This document shows, one piece after another, positions 32,924 to 41,953 of a stretch of 64,000 nucleotides of DNA. Source of the DNA: Bacteroidota bacterium. GTDB taxonomy: Bacteria > Bacteroidota > Bacteroidia > M30B66. The stretch spans positions 19,625 through 83,624 of the forward strand of contig CANHIS010000002.1 in assembly GCA_947460255.1 (NCBI GenBank), written 5' to 3'. The notes beneath the pieces were generated by a model. The model worked only from the letters and a program-made list of their open reading frames with translations. It was not told the DNA's origin and searched no databases. The translations under genes were made by a program, and so were the position numbers. The stretch's first letter is position 1. Every line of letters starts with the position of its first letter.

Positions 32924-32992
32924 TCAACGACAAATGTGTGATCGCGGTTGCTGCTGCTTCTGCCGCTTCTGGCCACGGGGTTACATGTGTAA
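32924..32992 (-). promoter_or_regulatory. conserved promoter-like block with upstream palindrome, cassette 3
   Basis: Minus strand reads TTACACATGTAA (32992-32981), 30 nt, CAACC (32950-32946), 7 nt, CACATTTG (32938-32931), T, CGTTGA (32929-32924), 22 nt, ATG 32901. Confidence 0.4.
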
Positions 32993-33177
32993 GAAATCAG
33001 ATCATGGTGATGTGTTGATTCTTCTGAATCGCTACATAATTGGGAGAATTCGATTTAAGTTTTGGCAAAATTTACTTTTGCAGGCTGACAGAAACCTCGA
33101 CTTCTGTCAAAAAAATAACCCCGATTCTGAAGTTCTCCTTCGAAACGGGGTTTGAATCATTTTTATTTATCGTCGGA

Positions 33178-35034
33178 TCAGCTCAATAATTCCTCTTCCA
33201 AATCTTTTTCAACCTTCAAATTATCAATGATAAACAGCTGACGATCAGGGGTGTTTTTGCCCATGTAAAATTCCAAAAGCTGCGGTAGGTTTTCGTTTCG
33301 TCCGAAGATTACAGGTTCCAAACGGATTTCTTTTCCAATGAAATGCTTGAATTCGTCGGGTGAAATCTCACCCAATCCCTTGAATCGTGTGATCTCGGGA
33401 TTTTTACCCAAGCGTGAAATCGCATTTCTACGCTCATCATCCGAATAACAATACACTGTTTCTTTCTTGTTTCTCACACGGAATAGCGGCGTTTGAAGGA
33501 TATACAAGTGGCCATTCTTCACCAAATCAGGAAAAAACTGCAAGAAAAACGTGATCATTAGCAAGCGAATGTGCATTCCATCCACATCGGCATCGGTGGC
33601 AATTACAATGTTGTTGTAACGCAAATTGTCGAGCCCGTCTTCAATGTTCAATGCACTTTGTAGTAGGTTGAATTCTTCGTTTTCATACACGATCTTCTTC
33701 GTTAACCCGTAGCAATTAAGGGGTTTCCCTTTCAAGCTAAACACCGCTTGGGCATTCACATCGCGACTTTTGGTAATTGAGCCAGAAGCCGAATCTCCCT
33801 CGGTAATAAACAACGTAGTTTCCAAACGATTGGCATGCGCTGAATTGTAATGCACTCTGCAGTCGCGCAATTTCTTGTTGTGAAGGCTCACTTTTTTAGC
33901 CCGTTCACGCGCAAGTTTTCTGATGCCGCTGAGGTCTTTTCGTTCTTTTTCGCTTTGCAGGATTTTTTGCAGGATCGCCTCTGAAACTTCTTGGTTTTTG
34001 TGCAAGAAATTATCGAGCTCCTTCTTCAAGAAATCCATCACGAATGTCCTGATTGCAGCGCCATCTGGAGCCATGTTCTGAGAACCGAGCTTGGTTTTGG
34101 TTTGCGATTCGAACACCGGTTCCGAAACCTTCACACTGATCGCCGCAATGATAGATTGTCGCACATCATTGGCATCGAAATCTTTCTTATAAAAATCTCG
34201 AACAACCTTCACAACAGCCTCACGAAGCGCTGCTTGGTGCGTTCCGCCTTGCGTGGTATGTTGACCGTTTACAAACGAATAATATTCTTCACCGTATTGG
34301 TTTCCGTGTGTAATGGCAATTTCAATGTCTTCACCTTTCAGGTGGATAATTGGATACAACGGTTCTCCTGAAATATTCTGCTCCAAGAGGTCGTACAAGC
34401 CACGTTCTGATTTGTAGGTTTGTCCGTTAAAGATGATGCTTAAGCCTGTGTTGAGGTATGCGTAATTCCACAACATCTTGCCAACGTGATCGTTGAGAAA
34501 CTTGAAATTCCCAAAAATCTCCTCATCTGCAAAAAAGGAAACGGTGGTTCCGCGTTGATCTTTTGTTTCGATGATTGGTTCATCTTTCACCAAAACACCT
34601 TTGGTAAACTCTGCCGATTTAATTTGGCCATCACGAACCGATTGCACACTGAAGTAGGAGGAAAGGGCGTTCACCGCTTTTGTTCCGACACCATTTAAAC
34701 CAACCGATTTCTTAAAGGCAACAGAATCGTACTTGGCACCTGTGTTGATTTTCGACACCACATCTACCACTTTTCCAAGTGGAATTCCACGGCCGTAATC
34801 GCGCACTTTTACCATGCGGTCTTTGATGGTGATTTCGATTTTCTTTCCGAAGCCCATCACAAATTCATCGATACAGTTGTCGATCGACTCTTTCAACAAA
34901 ACGTAAACGCCATCATCGAGCGATGAACCGTCGCCCAGCTTTCCGATGTACATCCCCGGGCGAAGCCGGATATGTTCCTTCCAATCGAGCGATTTAATCG
35001 AGTCTTCCGAATAATTACTTTCGTTCTGTGCCAT
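33178..35034 (-). CDS. parE: type IIA topoisomerase subunit B, most likely topoisomerase IV ParE
   Basis: GHKL ATPase N-terminus ([26 protein letters not shown]), Toprim EGDSA, and PLKGKPLN. It is 618 aa from ATG 35034, and the length and N-terminus fit Bacteroidota ParE rather than GyrB. Confidence 0.78.
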   Translation of the reverse strand: MAQNESNYSEDSIKSLDWKEHIRLRPGMYIGKLGDGSSLDDGVYVLLKESIDNCIDEFVMGFGKKIEITIKDRMVKVRDYGRGIPLGKVVDVVSKINTGAKYDSVAFKKSVGLNGVGTKAVNALSSYFSVQSVRDGQIKSAEFTKGVLVKDEPIIETKDQRGTTVSFFADEEIFGNFKFLNDHVGKMLWNYAYLNTGLSIIFNGQTYKSERGLYDLLEQNISGEPLYPIIHLKGEDIEIAITHGNQYGEEYYSFVNGQHTTQGGTHQAALREAVVKVVRDFYKKDFDANDVRQSIIAAISVKVSEPVFESQTKTKLGSQNMAPDGAAIRTFVMDFLKKELDNFLHKNQEVSEAILQKILQSEKERKDLSGIRKLARERAKKVSLHNKKLRDCRVHYNSAHANRLETTLFITEGDSASGSITKSRDVNAQAVFSLKGKPLNCYGLTKKIVYENEEFNLLQSALNIEDGLDNLRYNNIVIATDADVDGMHIRLLMITFFLQFFPDLVKNGHLYILQTPLFRVRNKKETVYCYSDDERRNAISRLGKNPEITRFKGLGEISPDEFKHFIGKEIRLEPVIFGRNENLPQLLEFYMGKNTPDRQLFIIDNLKVEKDLEEELLS

Positions 35035-35146
35035 GTCGCAAAAATAGAATGTATCGTGGTATGAACGCAGCATGAAGCGGCTTATTTAACAACACTTCTG
35101 TACACATTCGATGTGAATAATTTATATTCGATTTAAAATTTAAACT

Positions 35147-35635
35147 ATGGCTACAGAAAAATTCTCCGATTCTCTTTCCACAGGCACGCATGCCCACTTA
35201 CAAAAATTGGTCGGCAACTGGGAAGGCGCCACAAACACCTATTTTGAACCTGGTGTATTAGCAGATACTTCAACTACCAAAGCCCAAATCAAATCCATTC
35301 TGGGCAAGCAATTCTTGCAAATGGAATACACATCTTCCATGCAAGGAAAACCGGTTGAAGGTCTTGCCATCATTGGATTTTATTTAGTGAAGCGTGAATA
35401 TACCATTGCATGGATCGACAGTTTCCATACGGGCACACAGGTGTTGGTTTCCCAAGGGAAAGAGGGCCAAATCAATGTGATGGGACATTATGGAGATCCA
35501 TCCGGCGGACCAGATTGGGGTTGGAGAACGGCAATCGAACAATCATCAGATGATGCATTTGTTCTTCGTCATTTCAACGTTTTACCTACCGGTGAAGAAG
35601 CACTAGCCGTGGAGACACATTTTCACAAAGTGTGA
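35147..35635 (+). CDS. DUF1579 domain protein
   Basis: 162 aa. The LQKLVGNWEGATNTYFEPG...GKQFLQMEYTSSMQGKPVEGLAIIGF...WIDSFHTG pattern fits DUF1579, as recalled from memory. Confidence 0.6.
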   Translation: MATEKFSDSLSTGTHAHLQKLVGNWEGATNTYFEPGVLADTSTTKAQIKSILGKQFLQMEYTSSMQGKPVEGLAIIGFYLVKREYTIAWIDSFHTGTQVLVSQGKEGQINVMGHYGDPSGGPDWGWRTAIEQSSDDAFVLRHFNVLPTGEEALAVETHFHKV

Positions 35636-35681
35636 TCAGCTTGAGCATATTGCCGCCATCAATTTGAAAATTCGTTGATGC

Positions 35682-36989
35682 TTAAAGCGCTGAAGTAACC
35701 TTTCCAGCCATCAAAGCTTCAATTTCATCCGCTTCCAATGGAATGCTTGCCATCAAGTCGATGTTACCACTTTCAGTGATGAGAATGTCGTTTTCCAAAC
35801 GGATACCGATGTTCTCTTCCGGAATGTAAATTCCAGGTTCACAGGTAAATACCATGCCTGGTTCGAAGCGCGCGAAGCGATATCCCACATCGTGGACATC
35901 CAAGCCCAAGTAATGTGACGTGCCATGCATGAAATACTTCTTGTACAAAGGAGCATCAGGTGATTGTGCCTTCACTTCAGCCGCGTTGAGTAAGCCCAAT
36001 TTGATGAGTTCTTGTTCCATCGCAAATCCTACTTCTCGGTTGTAATCATCGAACAAAGTGCCCGGACGAAGCATAGATTGCGCATATTTCATTACGGATA
36101 AAACAGCTTCATAAACAGCACGTTGACGAGCAGTGAATCTTCCATTTACTGGAATTGTGCGCGTTAAATCTGAATTGTAGTTCGCGTATTCCGAACCGAA
36201 ATCCATTAGAATGAGGTCGCCATCTTTGCACTGACGGTTGTTCTCCACATAATGCAACACGCAAGCCGAACCTCCCGACGCAATGATCGGATAATAAGCA
36301 TGTCCGGTGGCCCGGTTACGCAGAAATTCGTGGGTGATTTCAGCTTCAATTTCGTATTCCCAAACGCCTGGTTTCACGAAGCCCAACACGCGACGAAATG
36401 CTTTTTCGGTGATGTTGCAAGCACTGCGCATCTGATCTACTTCCCAATGCGACTTGATTGATCTGATTTTGTGCATGATAGGCGCACTGCGTTCGATTTT
36501 GTGCAATGGGTATTTCGATTTTACTTCCAAAGCAAAGCGGGCTTCCTTGTAAGGAACTTCAGTATGAGCACGATCATGGTCGTTCATGTTGAGGTAAATT
36601 CCTTCAGCATAAGTCATTAACACATGAAAAACAGACTCGAAATTCTCGTTCCATTGGATGTTTTCAATGCCCGAAGCGCCACGTCCTTCTTCACGCGTAT
36701 ACTTGTGTCCTTCCCAAACCGCAATGGTCTCGTTGGTTTTACGAAGAAATAAGATTTCCCTTTGTTTCGGATTGGGAGCATCTGGATAGAGAAGCAAAAT
36801 TGTTTGTTCTTGATCTATTCCGCTGAGGTAAAAAAGATCCGGATTTTGACGCCATAAATAAGTAGCATCTGCACTTCTGGGCATCTCATCGTTTGAAACA
36901 AAAACTGCAATATGATTGGGTTTCATTGATGCTGTAAAACGCTTTCTGTTGGTAATAAAAAGCTGGCTATCAATTGGATCGTATTTCAT
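35682..36989 (-). CDS. pepP: Xaa-Pro aminopeptidase (M24B, aminopeptidase P family)
   Basis: 435 aa with an AMP_N-type N-domain and M24 metal ligands in the contexts DGDLILMDFGSEY, HGTSHYLGLDVHD, CEPGIY and RLENDILI. Confidence 0.88.
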   Translation of the reverse strand: MKYDPIDSQLFITNRKRFTASMKPNHIAVFVSNDEMPRSADATYLWRQNPDLFYLSGIDQEQTILLLYPDAPNPKQREILFLRKTNETIAVWEGHKYTREEGRGASGIENIQWNENFESVFHVLMTYAEGIYLNMNDHDRAHTEVPYKEARFALEVKSKYPLHKIERSAPIMHKIRSIKSHWEVDQMRSACNITEKAFRRVLGFVKPGVWEYEIEAEITHEFLRNRATGHAYYPIIASGGSACVLHYVENNRQCKDGDLILMDFGSEYANYNSDLTRTIPVNGRFTARQRAVYEAVLSVMKYAQSMLRPGTLFDDYNREVGFAMEQELIKLGLLNAAEVKAQSPDAPLYKKYFMHGTSHYLGLDVHDVGYRFARFEPGMVFTCEPGIYIPEENIGIRLENDILITESGNIDLMASIPLEADEIEALMAGKVTSAL

Positions 36990-37063
36990 CGGAAAGGTTA
37001 TCGGTGTGAAAAATGGAATATCTAAATGTAGTTATTTTGGATTTGAAAACGCGTTGATTTCAA

Positions 37064-37468
37064 TCAGGCAGAAATTTCCTGACATAATTCCACGAGCAAT
37101 CCGTTGGTAGATCTAGGGTGCAAAAAGCAAATCAATTTATTGTCGGCGCCCTTTTTAGGTTCCTGCATTAGCAGTTCAAATCCAGCTGCTGAAAGGCGTT
37201 TCATTTCTGAATGAATATCGTCGACCGCAATGGCAACATGATGAAAACCCTCGCCTTTTTTGTCTAGAAACTTGGCAATGGTTCCATCTGGGTCGGTGCT
37301 ACGTAGCAATTCGATTTTGTTGGGACCAAGTTGGAAAAAGATGGTTTCAACTTTCTCGCTTTCAACTGATTCTGTTTTATACGGAGAAACGCCAAGCAAC
37401 AATTCAAACAATTTAATTGAGGCTGAGGCATCTTTTACAGCAATACCAAGGTGTTCGATTTTGTTCAT
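37064..37468 (-). CDS. mce: methylmalonyl-CoA epimerase (VOC/glyoxalase fold)
   Basis: MNKIEHLGIAVKD...EGFHHVAIAVDDI...FLHPRSTNGLLVELCQ, 134 aa from ATG 37468. Confidence 0.78.
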   Translation of the reverse strand: MNKIEHLGIAVKDASASIKLFELLLGVSPYKTESVESEKVETIFFQLGPNKIELLRSTDPDGTIAKFLDKKGEGFHHVAIAVDDIHSEMKRLSAAGFELLMQEPKKGADNKLICFLHPRSTNGLLVELCQEISA

Positions 37469-37521
37469 GTTGCAAGTATAAATGAAATCTATCATACAGT
37501 GTAAACCCTTAGTTTTGGATT

Positions 37522-38547
37522 ATGGATTTGCTCACATTTACCAACAAAGGCATTTATTGTCCGCCAGCGGATGTTTACCTCGATCCTTGGCGCTCGGTAG
37601 ATCGAGCACTGATTACTCATGCGCACAGTGATCATGCGCGTTTTGGTTCGAAGGCTTATTTGTCGCACAACGATTCTGAAGCAGTGTTGCGTCATCGATT
37701 GGGCAAGAATCTGGCTTTGGAAACAGTTGGATTTAATGAGCCAGTGATGATCAGTGGGGTGAAATTTTCGTTTCATCCCGCAGGGCATATCATTGGGTCG
37801 TCGCAGATCAGAGTAGAGCACAAAGGAGAAGTGTGGGTTTTTACGGGCGATTACAAGTTGGAGGATGATGGCTTTTCTGCTCCATTCGAACCTGTGCAAT
37901 GCCATACGTTTATTACAGAGTCGACTTTTGGTTTGCCGGTGTATCGTTGGAAGCCGCAAGCGGAGATTTTCAAGGACATTGAGTTGTGGTGGAAGAGCAA
38001 TGCCGATCAAGGTATTTGTAGTTTCATCAGTGCTTATTCGTTGGGGAAGGCACAGCGGATTTTGAAGAATATCGATCCATCGATCGGACCGATCTATACG
38101 CACGGTGCGATTCATGCCACACACGAAGTCCTGATAGCCGCAGGTTTCGATCTGCCATCCACCGCCAAGGTGCAAGTAGCCGCAAACCAAGCCGACTATA
38201 GAAGAGCGTTGATTATCATTCCTCCAGCAGTTGCAGGATCAGATTGGATGCGAAAATTTGAACCGTATGAAACGGCAGTGGCCTCAGGTTGGATGAGCAT
38301 CAGAGGTTCGCGCAGAAGAATATCAGTGGACCGTGGATTTCCACTTTCCGACCATGCCGATTGGACGAGCCTCAATCAAGCTGTGGAAGCCACAGGAGCG
38401 GAACGAATTTTGGTGACACACGGATACACATCCGCCTTTGCGGCCTGGTTGAAAACCAAAGGCTTAGATGCGCGTGAAGCCAAAACGGAATACAACCCTG
38501 AAACGCCAGATGTTGAAAATGATGAAAAAAATTCTCAACATGTGTAA
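37522..38547 (+). CDS. metallo-beta-lactamase/beta-CASP exonuclease of the ligase-associated DNA damage response type
   Basis: LTFTNKGIYCPPADVYLDPWRSVDRALITHAHSDHAR at the N-terminus and FPLSDHADWTSL...TGAERILVTHGY at the C-terminus, 341 aa. The family is recalled from memory (TIGR04122-like). The antisense ORF 37492..38190 is rejected. Confidence 0.62.
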   Translation: MDLLTFTNKGIYCPPADVYLDPWRSVDRALITHAHSDHARFGSKAYLSHNDSEAVLRHRLGKNLALETVGFNEPVMISGVKFSFHPAGHIIGSSQIRVEHKGEVWVFTGDYKLEDDGFSAPFEPVQCHTFITESTFGLPVYRWKPQAEIFKDIELWWKSNADQGICSFISAYSLGKAQRILKNIDPSIGPIYTHGAIHATHEVLIAAGFDLPSTAKVQVAANQADYRRALIIIPPAVAGSDWMRKFEPYETAVASGWMSIRGSRRRISVDRGFPLSDHADWTSLNQAVEATGAERILVTHGYTSAFAAWLKTKGLDAREAKTEYNPETPDVENDEKNSQHV

Positions 38548-38596
38548 CAATAAAATAGGGGTTAACCACTTATTGCATTAACATAAACCCTTCAAT

Positions 38597-39964
38597 ATGA
38601 TAACAAAATACCTTATCGCAGGAGCTGCTTTGCTTACTACTCTCCAAGCAGATGCACAACAAAAAACAAATGTTTTTGAACGTTTTTTGCCAAAAACCAA
38701 ACAATCAACACGCTCGGTAAATACGTTCTTACCAACCACTGAAAAGCAGTTTATTTGGAACACAGAGTTTTCAATTTGGGATTCAGTTCTGATCAGAAAT
38801 TACGTCTATTTTGAGAGTAATCTGGATACTGTGAATATCGGTGATCCAGTTACCAATGAACTCAACTCACGAGAAATCTACACAAGAACTCCACTTGAAG
38901 ATGCTGTAGTTACCCAGTTCTTTATCAATAACTCGTGGGAAAATATGCAGAAGACTGTCACCACCCGCGACAACCAAGGTTTTCAAACAGGTAATCAATA
39001 TTTTATTTGGGAAAATGGTGATTGGACTCTTCAGTTTGGAGATCGCATTTTAACCAATTATGATGGCTCAGGACGCCTCATCAGCGCCCAGTCACAAGGT
39101 TGGGATAGCATGGAGCAAACTTGGCTCACCTATACAGGTACAACTGCAATTTATGAAGGGGATCTTCTTGTGCAATTGAACATCCAAGAACCTTCAGCCG
39201 ACGGTACATTGGAGGATATTCTTTATGCTACTTTGGGTTACCAAAGCGGTTCTACAGAAGCAGATACCGCCACGATTTTCATGATTATGGGTGGCGAATT
39301 TTTGCCTGTAAGTCGCCTTTTGGTTTCGAGATGGATTGATTTTGGGAATCTTATAAATCTTGAACCAGTCTCCTACATTGAGCAAGAATATCTTGATGGA
39401 AACTTTGTAGATGTTTATCGCCAAGTACGTAGCGACCTTGACAATGGTGGTTATCAAGACTTAGGGGAAGATTTCGATGGCGACGATTGGATTTTAGGCT
39501 ATCGCTTCACAATGGTTTATGATGATCAAGAAAATCTTTTAGAGGAAAAATCCGAATCATTTGACCAAACTGAAGTCTTTATCGATTATGCTAATCTTTT
39601 CACCTACACCTACGATCCTAACGGAAACATTTTAGAGCGAGTTCAGCAGTTCTACGATATCAATACCAATGAATATCAATTTAACAACCGCAGTGTTTTT
39701 GGTCCTTATCTCGATGTTACTGGTATCGAATCCACATCCAACGAAAGTTTAGTGCTTTTTCCAAACCCTACCGATGCATTTTTGAATTTGCCTAGCTCGG
39801 CCAGAATCAACGAGGTGAGAATTTTTGATGTCCAAGGTCGTATTGTAAAACAAGAAGTTTCTAACGTAAACCAAATCAATGTATCTGATCTAGATGCCGG
39901 ACTGTACATTCTGCAAGCCAATATGAACAATCGTTTGGTGAGTGCACGATTTATAAAACAATAA
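38597..39964 (+). CDS. T9SS type A sorting domain-containing hypothetical protein
   Basis: Signal peptide MITKYLIAGAALLTTLQADAQ. C-terminus LVLFPNPTDAFLNL...DLDAGLYILQANMNNRLVSARFIKQ. Confidence 0.8.
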   Translation: MITKYLIAGAALLTTLQADAQQKTNVFERFLPKTKQSTRSVNTFLPTTEKQFIWNTEFSIWDSVLIRNYVYFESNLDTVNIGDPVTNELNSREIYTRTPLEDAVVTQFFINNSWENMQKTVTTRDNQGFQTGNQYFIWENGDWTLQFGDRILTNYDGSGRLISAQSQGWDSMEQTWLTYTGTTAIYEGDLLVQLNIQEPSADGTLEDILYATLGYQSGSTEADTATIFMIMGGEFLPVSRLLVSRWIDFGNLINLEPVSYIEQEYLDGNFVDVYRQVRSDLDNGGYQDLGEDFDGDDWILGYRFTMVYDDQENLLEEKSESFDQTEVFIDYANLFTYTYDPNGNILERVQQFYDINTNEYQFNNRSVFGPYLDVTGIESTSNESLVLFPNPTDAFLNLPSSARINEVRIFDVQGRIVKQEVSNVNQINVSDLDAGLYILQANMNNRLVSARFIKQ

Positions 39965-39985
39965 GCAACCATTGTCTGTTATTTA

Positions 39986-40013
39986 AGCCGGGGAAATCTC
40001 TCCGGCTTTTTTA
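39986..40013 (+). terminator. rho-independent terminator
   Basis: AGCCGGGGA / TCTCCGGCT stem (9 bp with one G-U pair) and a 4-nt loop, followed by TTTTTTATT. Confidence 0.65.
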
Positions 40014-40096
40014 TTGGATTGAAATTCAGTTATTTATATCCGACAAACAAAAAGGATGTACGTACATATAATGTTTTAACATATTTTTGCTCAACA

Positions 40097-40567
40097 ATGG
40101 GACTCGAAGAAGACATCAAGCAGCGCAAGTTTAAAAGTCAGTTTCAGAAAGCAGGCATCAATCTGGCCTTCACCTATAGTTTTATGGTGAACAGGAACAT
40201 GCGCATGATGAAAAAGTATGGCTTAACCCTTCCACAGTTTAATATCCTTAGAATTTTACGCGGTCAGTATCCAAAATCAACTACCGTGAATGATCTTATT
40301 GATCGCATGTTAGACAAATCATCAAACGCTTCTCGCATTGTTGAAAAACTGCGGGCTAAGAAACTTGTTGAACGCAAAGTTTCTGAATTGGACCGCCGAG
40401 CGGTGGATGTTTCGATTACCCAATCGGGGCTGAATCTACTTACGATGATCGACAAAGTTGAACAAGAATTTTATTTCGGTGAAGGTGCGCTCACCGAAGA
40501 AGAAGCTATCATGCTTAACCATCTGCTCGATAAAGGCAGAAGTATTTACGAAAACGAAAAACTCTAA
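40097..40567 (+). CDS. MarR family transcriptional regulator
   Basis: LTLPQFNILRIL......TVNDLIDRMLDKSSNASRIVEKLRAKKLVERKVSELDRRAVDVSIT is a winged-helix MarR pattern. The start is chosen at ATG 40097. Confidence 0.85.
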   Translation: MGLEEDIKQRKFKSQFQKAGINLAFTYSFMVNRNMRMMKKYGLTLPQFNILRILRGQYPKSTTVNDLIDRMLDKSSNASRIVEKLRAKKLVERKVSELDRRAVDVSITQSGLNLLTMIDKVEQEFYFGEGALTEEEAIMLNHLLDKGRSIYENEKL

Positions 40568-40583
40568 ACCCTCAATAAATAAC

Positions 40584-41237
40584 ATGAAAAAATCAATTTT
40601 CGCCCTTAGTGTTGTTGTTGCTACTTTCTTCGCTTCTTGCGGTGGTAGCTCTGTAAAAACCGAAGACGGACAAACTGCTGCTGAAGCTGGTGCTGGTGCA
40701 GTGGCCTACAAACTTGATGCTGCGGCTTCGTCTGTAGAATGGACTGCAAAAAAAGTAACTGGTCAACACAACGGTACTGTAGCCATCAAATCTGGTGAAT
40801 TGAACGCTGAAGCAGGTAAGCTTACTGCTGGTAAATTCGCAATGGATATGACCACTATCAAAGTATTAGACATTACTGATGCTGAAACAAATGGTAAATT
40901 GACTGGACACTTGAATTCTGATGATTTCTTTGCTACTGCAAAAAGTCCAGAATCATCTTTCGAAATTGTTTCGGTTGAACCAATCGCTGGTGCTGCTGCT
41001 GGCGCTGCAAACTACAATGTAAAAGGAAATCTTACGATTAAAGGAATCGCAAAAGCAATCACTTTCCCTGCAACCATCACTATGGATGAGAAAGAATTGA
41101 AAGCTAACGCAGCATTCGATATCGACCGCACTGAGTGGGATATCAAGTATGGTTCAGGAAAGTTCTTCCAAGACCTTGGAGACAAAATGATCAATGATGC
41201 CTTTTCTATCAAATTCAACATTGTTGCAAAAGCGTAA
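40584..41237 (+). CDS. YceI family lipoprotein
   Basis: Lipoprotein signal MKKSIFALSVVVATFFASCGG. YceI pattern VEWTAKKVTGQHNGTV...GHLNSDDFF......F......GNLTIKGIAK.ITFP. The track's N-terminal extension (40458) overlaps marR and is rejected. Confidence 0.85.
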   Translation: MKKSIFALSVVVATFFASCGGSSVKTEDGQTAAEAGAGAVAYKLDAAASSVEWTAKKVTGQHNGTVAIKSGELNAEAGKLTAGKFAMDMTTIKVLDITDAETNGKLTGHLNSDDFFATAKSPESSFEIVSVEPIAGAAAGAANYNVKGNLTIKGIAKAITFPATITMDEKELKANAAFDIDRTEWDIKYGSGKFFQDLGDKMINDAFSIKFNIVAKA

Positions 41238-41253
41238 TCTGAAATTTCAGTCA

Positions 41254-41290
41254 TAAAAAAAGGCGTTCCGGTTTCGGAACGCCTTTTTCA
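41254..41290. terminator. bidirectional terminator between convergent yceI-family and slyD genes
   Basis: AGGCGTTCCG-GTTT-CGGAACGCCT, a perfect 10-bp stem flanked by AAAAAAA on the left and TTTTTCATTT on the right. Confidence 0.72.
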
Positions 41291-41307
41291 TTTCTATGAA
41301 GTATGGC

Positions 41308-41826
41308 TTAGTGCTGATGCCCGCCTTCTCCATGCACGTGACCATGCGCAACCTCATCGGCCGATGCTTCACGAACATCTACTACTTCACCTTGGAAATG
41401 CAAATCTTTTCCGGCAAGCGGATGATTGAAATCCATCACCACGAACTCTTCGCTTACTTCAACCACTAGTCCTTGCATGTGATTTCCTTGGTCATCAACC
41501 ATTGGAAGATAGTTTCCTGCTGATACCATTTCGGTGTCAAGCTCTTCTCCTTCTGGAACAAATGCATTTAAAGGAATACGAACCACATTTTCTTGGCTTG
41601 ATTGACCATAACCATTTTCAGATTTGATCTTGAAGTCGAATTTTGCGCCCGCTGCCAATCCGTTAAGGTTGCTTTCAAATTCTTCTAGCAAGCCGCCCGA
41701 TCCGCTGAGGAAGGTAAATGGTTCGCCAGAAAAGGTTTCTTCGATAAGCTCTTCCGACTCGAAATTGTTGTCGCTCACGGTAAGCTTGTAATTTACCGAA
41801 ACCACAGTGTTGTTGTTGATAATCAT
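41308..41826 (-). CDS. slyD: FKBP-type peptidyl-prolyl isomerase, SlyD-like
   Basis: 172 aa with an FKBP core, an inserted flap and the motif HPLAGKDLHFQGEVVDVREA, plus a His-rich tail HGHVHGEGGHQH. Confidence 0.85.
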   Translation of the reverse strand: MIINNNTVVSVNYKLTVSDNNFESEELIEETFSGEPFTFLSGSGGLLEEFESNLNGLAAGAKFDFKIKSENGYGQSSQENVVRIPLNAFVPEGEELDTEMVSAGNYLPMVDDQGNHMQGLVVEVSEEFVVMDFNHPLAGKDLHFQGEVVDVREASADEVAHGHVHGEGGHQH

Positions 41827-41953
41827 CAGTTTTGGATTTATCGCGTAAATTTAGGCCTTTATGATTAAAAATCCCGTCTGCTCATTAAATTTACGGGCAT
41901 TTAACATGCATTTCATCTTGTGATGATTCTATTGGTCACGATTTCTTAGTCTT

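Noticed and set aside
27931-32990. Sigma-54 promoters upstream of the cassettes that would link them to the nearby sigma-54 activator
   Set aside because: The best minus-strand candidate is TGGCAACGATAATTCTT near 27950, and it lacks the -12 GC element. The TGGCCACGGGGTTACA string near 32970 is on the wrong strand. No GG-N10-GC match is at a sensible position.
37492-38190. A 232-aa minus-strand ORF
   Set aside because: It lies entirely antisense to the well-supported beta-CASP exonuclease gene. Its composition is Arg/Cys/His-rich and non-protein-like, and it has no recognisable motifs.
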